Source of the DNA: an uncultured Fibrobacterota bacterium
GTDB lineage: Bacteria > Fibrobacterota > Chitinivibrionia > Chitinivibrionales > FEN-1185
Reading direction: 5' to 3'
DNA: 64,000 nucleotides
NCBI GenBank assembly: GCA_963729895.1
Contig: CAVSQB010000036.1
Location: forward strand, 1-64,000
The notes under the pieces were generated by a model. It was not told the DNA's origin. It saw only the letters and a list, made by a program, of their open reading frames with translations, and did not search any database. This document shows, piece after piece, positions 28,907 to 39,248 of the stretch. The translations under genes and the position numbers were made by a program. The stretch's first letter is position 1; each line of letters starts with the position of its first letter.

Positions 28907-30604
28907 TTATTTCTCAAGCTCTTCCCTTGCCATTGTCACAAGCTCGCTGTGCGATCTTCTTTCGATCTCTCTGCACACGCTTTGGAGCGACGACGTTTGC
29001 ATCGACAGCGTGCGAATGCCGAGACCGATAAGGTAGGGCGCCAGAGACGGGTCGGACGCGACTTCGCCGCACACGGTTATGTCGCGGGCATGCTTCTTGT
29101 TTGCGTCAACGACAAGCTTGATGAGCCGCAAAAGCACCCCGAACGAACCGGTACGGTACTCTTCGAGCCTTCCATCTTCACGGCTGGCGGCAAAAGCGTA
29201 TTGGACAAGATCGTTGGTGCCGATACTCAGAAAATCAACTTTGTCCAGAAACGAACCCAGCGACACCACAACGGCCGGCACCTCAACCATGATACCGAGC
29301 GAGTATTTGGAGCGGTGGATTCCCTCTTTCTTTTCGATGGCATGCAGCGTCCGGACAATGGCATCCACCTCCTGGGGAAGGGACACGAAGGGAACCAAAA
29401 TCCTGGCAGTGCCGAAGCGCTCGCATGCGCGCACAATGCTGGTCAGGTGGTTATTGAGGATCGCGGGGTTCTGAAGAAGAAACCGCACTCCGCGCACGCC
29501 CAGGTAAGGGTTTTCCTCGCGAGGCGCGCTCAGGTACGGCAAGGTCTTGTCGGCGCCCGTGTCAAGCAGGCGAATGGTGACGGGTCTCTCTTTGCAAAGA
29601 GCAAGCACCGATTCATAATAGGCCATTTCCTCCTCTACGGACGGGAGTCTGTTGAGCGAAAGGTAGAACAGTTCGGTGCGCAGGAGGCCGATGCCTTCCG
29701 CACCGGAATGCAGGGCCTCTTTCACCTCGAGCAGCGAGCCCGCATTGGCCTCGAGCCGCACCGAAATGCCGTCTTTGGTAATGCATTTCCTTGTTTTGCC
29801 GGCACGGCCGGGAGACTGAGGCGAGGCGGCAAGTCTCTTTTGGTAGCGGGCCTCGGTGGCCGGTGACGGCCGGACAATCACTTTGCATTCGTGGCAGTCG
29901 AGGATGAGCGGCGATCCCGGCCGGGCAAGCGACACAATGCCCGGCACATTGATAAGGGCGGGAACACCAAGCGATTTCGCGATTATTGACACATGGGAAA
30001 CCGTGCTGCCGTTTTCAATGATGATGCCGATGATTTTCTTGAGGTCCAACAGCGCTATATCGGAGGGCAAAAGTTGTTCCGCAACAATGATGACTCCTGC
30101 AGGCATTTTCCGCAAAGGCGTAACGCGTACATGCTCTATGTCGAGGATGTTCCGAAGGAGCCGGTGGTAGACGTCCTGCACGTCGAGAAGTTTCGACTTG
30201 AAAACCTCGGTTTTCATCGACAGAAACTTCTTTTCAAGTTCGCGGATGTGATTTGCAATGACGTACTCTATGTTCGCCTTGCCTTCGGAAATGCCGTGTT
30301 TGATATTGGTGAGAAACGATGCGTCGGACAGAATTTGGATCTGGACCTGAAAAATATCGGAGATGTCTGCGCTCGCATCTTCCCTGGCGCCGGTCTGGAG
30401 GCCACGCAGTTGTTCGAGGCTCTTTGTGAGCGCCGATTCGAGCCGCATGAGTTCCGATTCGATATCCTCCACAGGGAGACGGTTTTCTTCAAGGGACCTG
30501 AGATCGATCTGCGAGAAATGATACGCTTTGCCAATAGCAATTCCGGAAGAAACCGCGGTTCCCGCAATCTCGAGATCGGTTGATAGAGTCGAAACGGGGC
30601 CCAT
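28907..30604 (-). CDS. ptsI: PEP-protein phosphotransferase (PTS enzyme I)
   Basis: SSGIAIG, active-site SHVSIIAKSLGVP, GIGLLRTE, ENPYLGVRG, DFLSIGTNDLVQY and VCGE motifs. No GAF domain. Confidence 0.9.
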   Translation of the reverse strand: MGPVSTLSTDLEIAGTAVSSGIAIGKAYHFSQIDLRSLEENRLPVEDIESELMRLESALTKSLEQLRGLQTGAREDASADISDIFQVQIQILSDASFLTNIKHGISEGKANIEYVIANHIRELEKKFLSMKTEVFKSKLLDVQDVYHRLLRNILDIEHVRVTPLRKMPAGVIIVAEQLLPSDIALLDLKKIIGIIIENGSTVSHVSIIAKSLGVPALINVPGIVSLARPGSPLILDCHECKVIVRPSPATEARYQKRLAASPQSPGRAGKTRKCITKDGISVRLEANAGSLLEVKEALHSGAEGIGLLRTELFYLSLNRLPSVEEEMAYYESVLALCKERPVTIRLLDTGADKTLPYLSAPREENPYLGVRGVRFLLQNPAILNNHLTSIVRACERFGTARILVPFVSLPQEVDAIVRTLHAIEKKEGIHRSKYSLGIMVEVPAVVVSLGSFLDKVDFLSIGTNDLVQYAFAASREDGRLEEYRTGSFGVLLRLIKLVVDANKKHARDITVCGEVASDPSLAPYLIGLGIRTLSMQTSSLQSVCREIERRSHSELVTMAREELEK

Positions 30605-30612
30605 GCGCCTTC

Positions 30613-30981
30613 CTACGGAACAAGCCGTGCTACGGTTGCAAGCAATTCGTCTATGTCAAATGGTTTAGTAAGGTATTCATCGGCCTTGAGTATGTTCTTG
30701 CCTATAATTTTGTCCCGCGCCGTGTCTTTTGCCGTGAGCATCACGATCCGAATGGAATCCTGGTACCTGTCGCGGACCTGCTTGCATACTTCCCAGCCGT
30801 CCATTTCCGGCATCATCACGTCGAGTATGATCAATTCCGGCATGCGCTGCTCAACCAACCGCAAGGCTTCAAGGCCGTCGCCGGCCGTGATGACATCGAA
30901 GCCCCGGGCCACACAATTGACGCGCAGCAATTCAAGCACGTTTGAGTCGTCGTCGACTATGAGAATGGTGTGTCGATCCAT
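30613..30981 (-). CDS. Single-domain response regulator
   Basis: ILIVDDD, LDVMMP, MLTAK and KPF motifs. Confidence 0.92.
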   Translation of the reverse strand: MDRHTILIVDDDSNVLELLRVNCVARGFDVITAGDGLEALRLVEQRMPELIILDVMMPEMDGWEVCKQVRDRYQDSIRIVMLTAKDTARDKIIGKNILKADEYLTKPFDIDELLATVARLVP

Positions 30982-31113
30982 TCATTGCCTGCGCACAGGT
31001 TTAGCAGAAACCCCTTCCGGGTTTTCCGGCGGGGATAACAGCGGTTGACCGCACATGTTTATCAGTTGATGGTTCCTTTGTAATATAAGACAGATCACGG
31101 CGCTTCCGCATTT

Positions 31114-32622
31114 TTAATCCCCTTCGTGCCTCAAGGGAAGAAAGAAGCCGAATTTCGAGCCTTTCCCCGGGTGTGACTCGCACCAGATTTTGCCATTGTG
31201 CGCCTCAATAATACCCTTCGCAATTGCCAGGCCAAGTCCGGAGCCGTGGTGCCTGAGTGTTGCAGGGTTTTTTCCCCGGTAGAACTTTCCAAAAACTTTG
31301 TCCACGTCCTCGGGGTCTATTCCGGCCCCGAAGTCCCTCACGCTTACCGCGATGCCGTCCTCTTTCACGTATGCGGTGACGATGATTTCTTGTGAATCGC
31401 CGGAGTATTTGATGGCGTTGTCGATAAGGTTGTACAAAACCCGCACGATACGGTCGGCGTCGGCCATTACATCGGGCATTGCAGGAGGGATGTCCACGAT
31501 AATTCCCTTGCGCAGGGAAATGGAAAACGAATCAACTGCGGTGCGGACGAGGGTCGCAACGTTTACCGGCTTCCGCTGTAACGAAATATTTCCCGATTCG
31601 ATTTTGGAGATGTCCAGATATTCCTCAACGAGCGAGGACAGCCGTTTCCCTTCCGATTCAATGATGTCCAGATACTGGCCCTGCTGGTCCTTTGAGAGCG
31701 GAAGGGTCCGGAGCGTCTTTGCGAATCCAATAATGGAGGTGAGCGGAGTTCGCAATTCGTGCGAAACCATCGAAACAAAATCCGACTTGAGCATGTCGAG
31801 TTCGCGAAGTTTTCTGTTGGAGTCTTCGAGCTGCAGGTGCTTTTCGCGGAGATCCCTGTTGCGATTAGTCAATTCATTGGTAGCGCGGTCTATTTCCTGC
31901 TTCATGGAAGTGGTGAGCACCTGCAGGCGCTGCGCCATGGTATTGAAGGCGCGGGAAAGCCGGCCCACAACGTCGTCGGAAGAAACGGAAACCCTGCTTG
32001 AAAAGTCGCCGGTTGCCATCTTGTCGGAAATTTCCCTCATTTCCTCGAGCGGCTTCAGCAGAATGCCCGAAATAAGCCAGGCCACGAACAGGATAATGAG
32101 GATTTCGACGGAATCGATGGCTATTTCCCAGTATACGGTTGAAGCGATATCACCGAAGGCCGGTGCGAGTGAATAGTTGATTTGAAGGAACTGCGGTGCT
32201 ATCCCGCCCAGGGGCCTGCCGTGTATCGCAAACGACTTGAGAAAAAACCTCCCCACAGGTTTTGACCTGGAAACGGGCTCGGTTGACGGATGCTGCTTTC
32301 CGATGATAAAGCGGTTGGTTGATGCCAGCACCATTGCCGCGCTGTCGAGGATGGAAACTTCCTTGATTTGGGGCTGCAAAACGGCGAAATTGAGAATTTC
32401 GGCGAGTCTGGTGCTGTCGTGATCCAAAAGCGCGTCGGTTACGTCGGATGCCAAGAACTGTCCCTCGGAACCGAGGGCGTCGAGCTCCCGATGAATGGCA
32501 ATGTCGCGTACTGCCACGATTTCGTTGGCCGACAGGATGATGAACATGGGAATATTGACAACAAGGAGCGCCAGCAGCAGTTTTGCCCTGTAACTAAGGG
32601 ATATGAAGCGTTTTGGTATCAT
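31114..32622 (-). CDS. Membrane HAMP sensor histidine kinase
   Basis: Two TM helices, HAMP, SHELRTPLT, NLIDNAIKY, DFGAGI and GSGLGL motifs. Alternative GTG start at 32643. Confidence 0.92.
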   Translation of the reverse strand: MIPKRFISLSYRAKLLLALLVVNIPMFIILSANEIVAVRDIAIHRELDALGSEGQFLASDVTDALLDHDSTRLAEILNFAVLQPQIKEVSILDSAAMVLASTNRFIIGKQHPSTEPVSRSKPVGRFFLKSFAIHGRPLGGIAPQFLQINYSLAPAFGDIASTVYWEIAIDSVEILIILFVAWLISGILLKPLEEMREISDKMATGDFSSRVSVSSDDVVGRLSRAFNTMAQRLQVLTTSMKQEIDRATNELTNRNRDLREKHLQLEDSNRKLRELDMLKSDFVSMVSHELRTPLTSIIGFAKTLRTLPLSKDQQGQYLDIIESEGKRLSSLVEEYLDISKIESGNISLQRKPVNVATLVRTAVDSFSISLRKGIIVDIPPAMPDVMADADRIVRVLYNLIDNAIKYSGDSQEIIVTAYVKEDGIAVSVRDFGAGIDPEDVDKVFGKFYRGKNPATLRHHGSGLGLAIAKGIIEAHNGKIWCESHPGKGSKFGFFLPLRHEGD

Positions 32623-32813
32623 GAAGCCCCGCGGGAAGAACACCCAAATATATTAGACTCGCGAATCAGGAATTCGTTTGTGGCGGCCCCAATCGAATAA
32701 GATTGCCGTGCCTTCAGATTGAATAACACAGCCTGCGCATTCCCCGCGAGTTCGCTTGCGCGGCTACTCCTGTAGGGTTGTACGCAGGTGTAGTCGTGGT
32801 GGCGCGGGGTTCT

Positions 32814-33785
32814 TCAATGAAGTTGGTACACTTTCCAGGTGCTTGCAACAAGCGTTTCGCAGTCACTGTAGCGCGAATGCCATCCAAGGAGGTCGGACGC
32901 CTTTCGTGACGATGCGATCATCACCGCCGAATCGCCGGGCCTTCTTGCCGTGATCTCCGCCGGGATGGACCTACCCGTGATGCGGCGCGCCATGCTAATC
33001 ATCGACAGGACGCTGATGCCGGCCTCACTGCCGAGATTCAACGTGATACTCGAGTCGTGTTGCGCAATGTAGTCGCAGGCCCGGAGGTGGGCTTCGGCCA
33101 AATCGCTCACGTGTATGTAGTCGCGCACGCCCGTGCCGTCGCTTGTGCCGTAGTCGTTCCCGAAAATGAATAATGATTTCCGAATCCCGGCCGCCACCTC
33201 CATGACAATGGGGAGCAGATTTTGCGGATTTTTTTCAATCCCCGTAATCCGGCCCGCAACGTCGTAGCCGGCCGCATTGAAGTACCGGAGGGCCGCGAAG
33301 CGAATGCCCCGGAGTCTTTCGTACCATGCGAGGAGCCGCTCGATTTCCAGTTTTGTGAATCCATAGTAATTGATCGGCTCGGTAGGATGTAATTCGTCAA
33401 CGGGAATGCGGGACGGCGCGCCGTAGACCGCCGCCGACGAGGAAAAGACGATGCGCGGAATGCCGGCGACGCTGGCTGCGTTGAGAATGTTGACCGTGCC
33501 GCATATGTTGTTTGTGGAATATTTTTCCGGTGCAATCATGGATTCGTCCGCCGCCTTGAGCGCGGCCAGGTGGACAAGGGCGTCGAACCCTCGCCGCATA
33601 GTGTCAAGTAAAAGCGGGTAGTCGAGGATGTCGCCCTGCACGAACGCCGCGCCGGGAAAGAGGTTTTCACGGCACCCGGAAGACATGTTGTCGTACACGG
33701 TGACCGAATCGCCTCTATCAAGAAATGCACGCACAACGTGGCTGCCGATGTAGCCCGCGCCGCCGATGACGAGAATCCTGCCCAT
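32814..33785 (-). CDS. galE: UDP-glucose 4-epimerase
   Basis: GGAGYIGSH, SSSAAVYG, YGFTK, LRYFNAAG and RDYIHV motifs. Confidence 0.95.
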   Translation of the reverse strand: MGRILVIGGAGYIGSHVVRAFLDRGDSVTVYDNMSSGCRENLFPGAAFVQGDILDYPLLLDTMRRGFDALVHLAALKAADESMIAPEKYSTNNICGTVNILNAASVAGIPRIVFSSSAAVYGAPSRIPVDELHPTEPINYYGFTKLEIERLLAWYERLRGIRFAALRYFNAAGYDVAGRITGIEKNPQNLLPIVMEVAAGIRKSLFIFGNDYGTSDGTGVRDYIHVSDLAEAHLRACDYIAQHDSSITLNLGSEAGISVLSMISMARRITGRSIPAEITARRPGDSAVMIASSRKASDLLGWHSRYSDCETLVASTWKVYQLH

Positions 33786-33796
33786 GCGGTCCCCGG

Positions 33797-35290
33797 CTAC
33801 GAGTGCTTTTTCTGAAGCGCCAGCTTGAGCGCGGCGCCGAATTCGGTGTCCGCGGGCGGCCCGGCCTGTTGCTTCTGTCCGGACAGGAACTGCTTTACCT
33901 CGGCCGCCTGGGTGCGTTCGCCGGCAATACCCAACGACAGCGAAATCCTGCGTCGCTCGATGTCTATGGACTCGATGGTCACCTGAAGCTGCGCGCCCGC
34001 TTTGATGGCGTCCTTCTTCTCCTGCGCAATGTTGCCGAACGGGAGGAGCCCGGTAATTCCCTCGGCGAGGTCGATAAAGAACCCGAAGCGCGTGTTCTGC
34101 GCCACCGTGCCCTGCACGATTGATCCGGCGGAGAATCTGGCCTCGATGTTGTTCCACGGGTCGCTTGCCGCGTCCTTGAGGCTGCACGAGATCTCGTGTT
34201 TGTCCTGATTGACGGAAAGGATTGTCACCTGCACCAGCTGGCCTTCCGAAACCACGTCGCCCGGATGGCGGATCTTTTTTTCCCAGCTCATTTCGGAGAT
34301 GTGGATGAGTCCTTCCACACCGGGAATGAGCTGGACAAATGCGCCGAAGGTCGCGAGCCTGGTGATTTTCCCCTGCACCGTCATTCCCGGCGCAAACGCG
34401 GTCCCCACGGTGGTCCACGGATTTGCGTACACTTGTTTGAGCGACAGCGATATCTTGGATTGCCGCAATTGCTCCTTCCGCTCGACGGCCAGAACAAGAC
34501 AGTCAACCTTCTGGCCCGGCTCAAAGCTCTTCGAAAGGTCCTCCGAGCGCTCCCACGACACTTCCGATATGTGAATGAGCCCTTCAAATCCGCCTAGGTC
34601 CACGAACAGCCCGAACGGCATGATCCGGGTGATCGTGCCGGAAACAAGGGTTTTTGGTTCGATGCAGGCGGCAAGGTTGTCGAGAACCTGTCCCATGTCC
34701 GCTTCGAGAAGGGGAAGCCGCGATACCACGATGTTGCGGCCGCCCTCCGTGACGCGTACGATCACAAACGGTAGCGACTTGTTGAGAAAAACGTTCGGAT
34801 CTTCAACGCGTTTCAGGTCTATTTGTGAAATGGGGCAGAACGCCCTTTGGCCCATGATTTTCACGTTGAAGCCGCCCTTGTTGATGCCGGTGACCTTCCC
34901 GTCAACAGGCAATTTTGCCTTCATGGCGTCGACAATGTCGCTGAGGGAATTGTCCGCCGCGGCGGTCTTGGAGGATAATTTCTTGGAGAGCGTGATGCCG
35001 CCGGAAAGGGAGACAACATATCCCTCAAAAGTGTCGCCCGTGCTCACGGAAAGTGTGCCGTCTTCTTTCCTGAGCTCGGACAATTCCACGACAGCTTCGT
35101 TCTTGCCGCCTATTTCCACGAACGCGTATTTATCGGAAATCTTGATGATCTTCCCTGAGACTTTAGCACCTTTCTCAAGGTTGACCGCGACAGGCTTGTC
35201 GTAGGTGCCGAGCATGGTGAGCAATTCCTTTTCAGCTCTTGTTTCCGAGGTTTCTTCGTCGAAAAAGGTGTCGTGTTTCTTGGTGTGCAT
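33797..35290 (-). CDS. Ribosomal protein S1-like multi-S1-domain protein
   Basis: About five S1 repeats (FGLFVDL..EGLIHISEVSW; FGAFVQL..EGLIHISEMSW). Confidence 0.85.
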   Translation of the reverse strand: MHTKKHDTFFDEETSETRAEKELLTMLGTYDKPVAVNLEKGAKVSGKIIKISDKYAFVEIGGKNEAVVELSELRKEDGTLSVSTGDTFEGYVVSLSGGITLSKKLSSKTAAADNSLSDIVDAMKAKLPVDGKVTGINKGGFNVKIMGQRAFCPISQIDLKRVEDPNVFLNKSLPFVIVRVTEGGRNIVVSRLPLLEADMGQVLDNLAACIEPKTLVSGTITRIMPFGLFVDLGGFEGLIHISEVSWERSEDLSKSFEPGQKVDCLVLAVERKEQLRQSKISLSLKQVYANPWTTVGTAFAPGMTVQGKITRLATFGAFVQLIPGVEGLIHISEMSWEKKIRHPGDVVSEGQLVQVTILSVNQDKHEISCSLKDAASDPWNNIEARFSAGSIVQGTVAQNTRFGFFIDLAEGITGLLPFGNIAQEKKDAIKAGAQLQVTIESIDIERRRISLSLGIAGERTQAAEVKQFLSGQKQQAGPPADTEFGAALKLALQKKHS

Positions 35291-35443
35291 TGAGTGCTCC
35301 CGGATATTCTGATGAGAATGACGGTTTTTGATGAAACGAAGCTCTGCGGGCTTGAGAAAAATATCTTATTACGGGGAAACAAGCCAAGAATAGTAGATAG
35401 AGATTTAGCCCGGAGAAAGAGGGATGTCGGGAAGAAAGAAACC

Positions 35444-35583
35444 TTGGGCGCCTGCCGAGTACGGCACCGTGTCTCCTTCCGGGCTCGGCCGGTTAGGCCT
35501 CGGTGCCGGATCGCCCCAATGCCTTCGGCGGGGTCGACCGGCACTGCACTCTCTGGAGCACCGCTCCAGTCCACACTGGCGCG
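35444..35583 (+). ncRNA. Structured intergenic repeat / candidate ncRNA, copy 2
   Basis: Colinear with 1378-1520, with compensatory changes in three stems. Confidence 0.55.
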
Positions 35584-36097
35584 CGGGCAGGGGACCGTTG
35601 CCGCATTTGTTTGCGCCAGCTGCCTTGATAGTGAGGTTGGGTTAAGAGAACTTCCGGCCTTAACAAGAGGGTGATTTTATGGACTCAAAAGCAGAACTGG
35701 CCAGTTACGTACTGGCCAGGGCTATCACGGTCGTTCCGTCCGCGACTATCCGCCACGTCAGCATGGTCGCCAGCCGCATAACGGCTGGTGGCTGGCAGGT
35801 GGAATCATCTTGGCCGATGCCTTGGGAGAGTTGGCTGCAACGGATGATAAGGAGCTACTGGTCGTGATAGAGCACACGATGGAGTAACGAGCGAAAAGGT
35901 AGGCAGACTCAGATAGGACAAGGGCCGTGATGATATACACGACAGCTTTTTTTAAAGAACTGAGTTACTAGAATTGGGCGATGTCCTGCCCCTCTTTTCA
36001 CCAAAATACCTACCCAATCCTTGGCTGTGGAGTACCCACGCGGTGCAGTCGGCATGGCCAATATTGGGAGCCCGAGGTGACGGGTTGAAAAGCGAAT

Positions 36098-36287
36098 GCG
36101 CCTATGTAGCCGGCCCCGGGTGAGTCGCCGACAGCGGGCACCCACGGTGGGAATCTCTGAAGTCTTTTGCGATTGCCAATCTTGACAACCACCTGACCGC
36201 GGCCACAGGCCATTGCGGCAGGCGGCACCGAGGCCGACCGGCCGAGCCTAGAGGGAGGGCCGCCGCTGGGAAGCAGCGGGGCGCCCA
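36098..36287 (-). ncRNA. Structured intergenic repeat / candidate ncRNA, copy 3 (longer, inverted)
   Basis: Minus strand TGGGCGCC-CCGCTG/CAGCGG hairpin..AGGCTCGGCCGGTCGGCCTCGGTGCCG..TAGGCGC. Confidence 0.45.
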
Positions 36288-36392
36288 GATTCTTATCTTG
36301 ATATTGGTACACGCAACTGAAGGTTCGGGCTTGCCATTGGCGCTTCCACGCCGCACACGCTCAGCAACCCATATGTATTTTTGTCAATCGTA

Positions 36393-37259
36393 CTAGTCTC
36401 TCCCAATCTCCTTCATCAGTTCCGCCACCTTCTTCATGTCCGTCTCTCTCTCATACAGCGGCCGTTTGTCTTCCCGGTATACGCCGCACGCTTCTTCGAA
36501 CGGAACCTTGCCGTTATTGACATAAAAGACGCCGAGCGGATACTTGTCGGTCCTGATGGCAAGCTCGAAGGCATGAACCCTGTTGGTCGTATCGTGCGTT
36601 TCCTCGAGATAATAGGTGTTGTCCTTGAACCACTTGAGCGTGTTCACTTTATTGTAGGTGACGCAGGGCTGGAATATGTCAACGAGGGCGTAGCCTTTGT
36701 GGAGAATTGCTTTCTTCACGATTTCTTTGGTTTGCGGGATGTCGCCGGCAAAGGCGCGCGCAATAAAGGAGGCGTCGAGCGCAAGTGCGACAGCCAGCGG
36801 ATTGAACGGCTCGAGTATCACGCCGTCGACCTGCACCGGGGTCACGAACCCGCGCTTGGACGTGGGAGAGGCCTGGCCCTTGGTAAGCCCGTAGACCATG
36901 TTGTCGTGTACGATGTGCGTTATGTCCGGGTTCCTTCGCACGGTGTGGATAAAATGATTGCCGCCCTCGCCGTACATGTCGCCGTCGCCGCCTTCGGCAA
37001 TGACGGTAAGCTGCGGGTTGGACGCCTTAATCGCGGTGGCGGCGGGAAGCGCTCTGCCGTGCAGCCCGTTAAACATGTTGGTATTGAAATAATGGGGCGT
37101 CTTGGGCGCCTGGCCGATGCCGCAGGCGACCACGAGGTTTTGCGGAGCTATGGAGAGTTCCGCGATTGCCTGTTTAATGGCGTCGAGAATTGAGAAATTG
37201 CCGCACCCGGGGCACCAGGCGATGTCGATGTCGGGCTTGTCGTAGACTGAAGTGTCCAT
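36393..37259 (-). CDS. korB: 2-oxoacid:ferredoxin oxidoreductase beta subunit
   Basis: [30 protein letters not shown] and QPCVTYN motifs. Confidence 0.93.
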   Translation of the reverse strand: MDTSVYDKPDIDIAWCPGCGNFSILDAIKQAIAELSIAPQNLVVACGIGQAPKTPHYFNTNMFNGLHGRALPAATAIKASNPQLTVIAEGGDGDMYGEGGNHFIHTVRRNPDITHIVHDNMVYGLTKGQASPTSKRGFVTPVQVDGVILEPFNPLAVALALDASFIARAFAGDIPQTKEIVKKAILHKGYALVDIFQPCVTYNKVNTLKWFKDNTYYLEETHDTTNRVHAFELAIRTDKYPLGVFYVNNGKVPFEEACGVYREDKRPLYERETDMKKVAELMKEIGRD

Positions 37260-37328
37260 TTAGAATCCTTTTGGAGCAAACGAAAAGTTGACAGTAGAAT
37301 ACACCACTACTTTCAACCTTCTCCTTCT

Positions 37329-37415
37329 TCTCTGTGCTCTCTGTACCTCTGTGGTGATTTTGTTTCTTAACGTCCTTTGCGATCCCCCGGTTCCGCGAGG
37401 GCAAACTTTGCGAGA
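37329..37415. repeat. Short-period intergenic repeats (CTCTGT x3; CTTTGCG units)
   Basis: TCTCTGTGCTCTCTGTACCTCTGTGGTG, then CTTTGCG at two positions, between korA and korB. Confidence 0.45.
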
Positions 37416-37422
37416 AGCTCTT

Positions 37423-39135
37423 CTAAATTACCTTGCCGATCTTTTCTACCAGTTCCTCCACAGAAAACGGCATCCCGTTGTACTTGAGGATTTTTTCGTG
37501 CGCTCCGTATCCAAATGTAAGTTTGAGAAGCTTGGCAAGCTGTCCTGTTGCGTTGTTCTCCACCACGATCAGCTTCTTTGTCTTTGTGAGCGCGACGTCG
37601 ACCATTTCATGCAGTGGGTACACCTGGGGAATGTGCAGCATGGCGGTATTCTTCCACCCGATTCTGATAAGCGCCTCGCGCACCGAATAGTAGTTGGAGC
37701 CCCAGCACACAACCAGGTTATGGAACGTGTCCGGCCCAACAAACCGTGGCGGCACCATGTCTTCCGGGTCAAAATCGGCTTTCTTGAGCCGCTTATCCAC
37801 CATCCGGGTCCGCAGGTCCAAATCCTCGGTAATGTATCCTTCTTCGGTATGTTCGTCGCTGTCAACACAGACGATTCCTGCTCCCAACCCCGGAATGCCT
37901 CTGGGAGAAATGCCGCTCTTGGTGATAGCAAACCGTTTATACCCCTCCGCTGTTTTGATGACGTTCTTCTTCACGTCGTACTTCGAAAAGTCAACCGGCT
38001 GCATGCCGGCGCTGGAGTCAAGGAAGTACTGGTCGGTGAGGACAAACACCGGTACTTGATATTTGTCGGCTATGGTGAAGGCTTTGTGCATGATGTCGAC
38101 GGCGCCTGCCAGGGTCCCGGGTGCAAACACGACCCTGGGGAATTCACCGTGGCCCGCGTACAGGACGAGTTCAAGGTCTGCCTGCTCGGTGCGGGTGGGC
38201 AAACCCGTTGCGGGGCCGGGCCTTTGGCCCACATGAATAACCACTGGCGTCTCAAGCATGCCGCTGAGGCTTATGCCTTCGCACATCAGAGCAAATCCGC
38301 CCCCCGATGTGGTGGCGAGCGCCCTGCCGCCCGCGTACCATGCCCCGAGCGCCATGTTGACCGCCGCGATTTCGTCTTCCGCCTGTTCCACCACCATGCC
38401 GAACTCTTTCTTGTGCCGGGCGAGAAACGTCAGAACGCCGGTGGACGGGGACATAGGATACGATGACACGAAATCGCAGCCCCCGGCCAAGGCGCCGAGT
38501 CCGATGGCCTGCGCGCCGGTGAGGAAAAGCTCATCCTTGACAGATGGGTCTCTGGCGATCGTGGCGGTCAGCACCCCGCGTGAAACCAGCGCATCGCCAA
38601 GATGAAAACCTCGGCGGGCCGCTTCCGCGTTTTTCTCCGAGATTTCAGGTTTTCTGGCGCCGAAATATTCCTTGGCGTAACCGGCTGCCAGGTCGATCGG
38701 GACATTCAGCAGCGCGCACACGGCTCCGACCGCGACAGAGCTCGCGTACATCGTGCCGCCCACACCAATCGCGGTCTGCGTGAAAGGAACATCAACTACA
38801 GGGAAAGCGGCCGGAAGAACGGCCCTCTCGCCCAGGATAAGCGTGTGTGCGGATATCCTCTTTTCGCTATGTTGCAGCGCCGGACCGTCGAGCGGAACAA
38901 GAACGTCGATCTTGTCTACGTGTGTGGCGATTTTGAGTGCGGAAACGCGAATCTCGGTTGAATTGCTGCCGCCCCGGATGCGCGACATGAATTCGCTGGT
39001 GCAAAACACGTTGTACCCTGCCTTGCGCAGGATACGCGGAAGAAGTTGTTCAATGGTGTGGATTCCCTGGCCGGCGGGCCCCGCAAGTACAATGGACACA
39101 TCGTCGCGAAGAGTAAATCCCCCAGGTTCGTTCAT
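37423..39135 (-). CDS. korA: 2-oxoacid:ferredoxin oxidoreductase alpha subunit
   Basis: AGQGI, SRIRGG, YPMSPST, QAEDEIAA and QRPGPATGLPTRTEQ motifs. Confidence 0.93.
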   Translation of the reverse strand: MNEPGGFTLRDDVSIVLAGPAGQGIHTIEQLLPRILRKAGYNVFCTSEFMSRIRGGSNSTEIRVSALKIATHVDKIDVLVPLDGPALQHSEKRISAHTLILGERAVLPAAFPVVDVPFTQTAIGVGGTMYASSVAVGAVCALLNVPIDLAAGYAKEYFGARKPEISEKNAEAARRGFHLGDALVSRGVLTATIARDPSVKDELFLTGAQAIGLGALAGGCDFVSSYPMSPSTGVLTFLARHKKEFGMVVEQAEDEIAAVNMALGAWYAGGRALATTSGGGFALMCEGISLSGMLETPVVIHVGQRPGPATGLPTRTEQADLELVLYAGHGEFPRVVFAPGTLAGAVDIMHKAFTIADKYQVPVFVLTDQYFLDSSAGMQPVDFSKYDVKKNVIKTAEGYKRFAITKSGISPRGIPGLGAGIVCVDSDEHTEEGYITEDLDLRTRMVDKRLKKADFDPEDMVPPRFVGPDTFHNLVVCWGSNYYSVREALIRIGWKNTAMLHIPQVYPLHEMVDVALTKTKKLIVVENNATGQLAKLLKLTFGYGAHEKILKYNGMPFSVEELVEKIGKVI

Positions 39136-39248
39136 GGACGCTCCCCATTCTTGTTGGAGTATGGGCACCGACAAAATTACGTTGTCAGCGTACCATACGT
39201 TTCAAAAAAAGAAGGATCCGCCAAGGCCGCAACAAGGCGAAAACCAGG

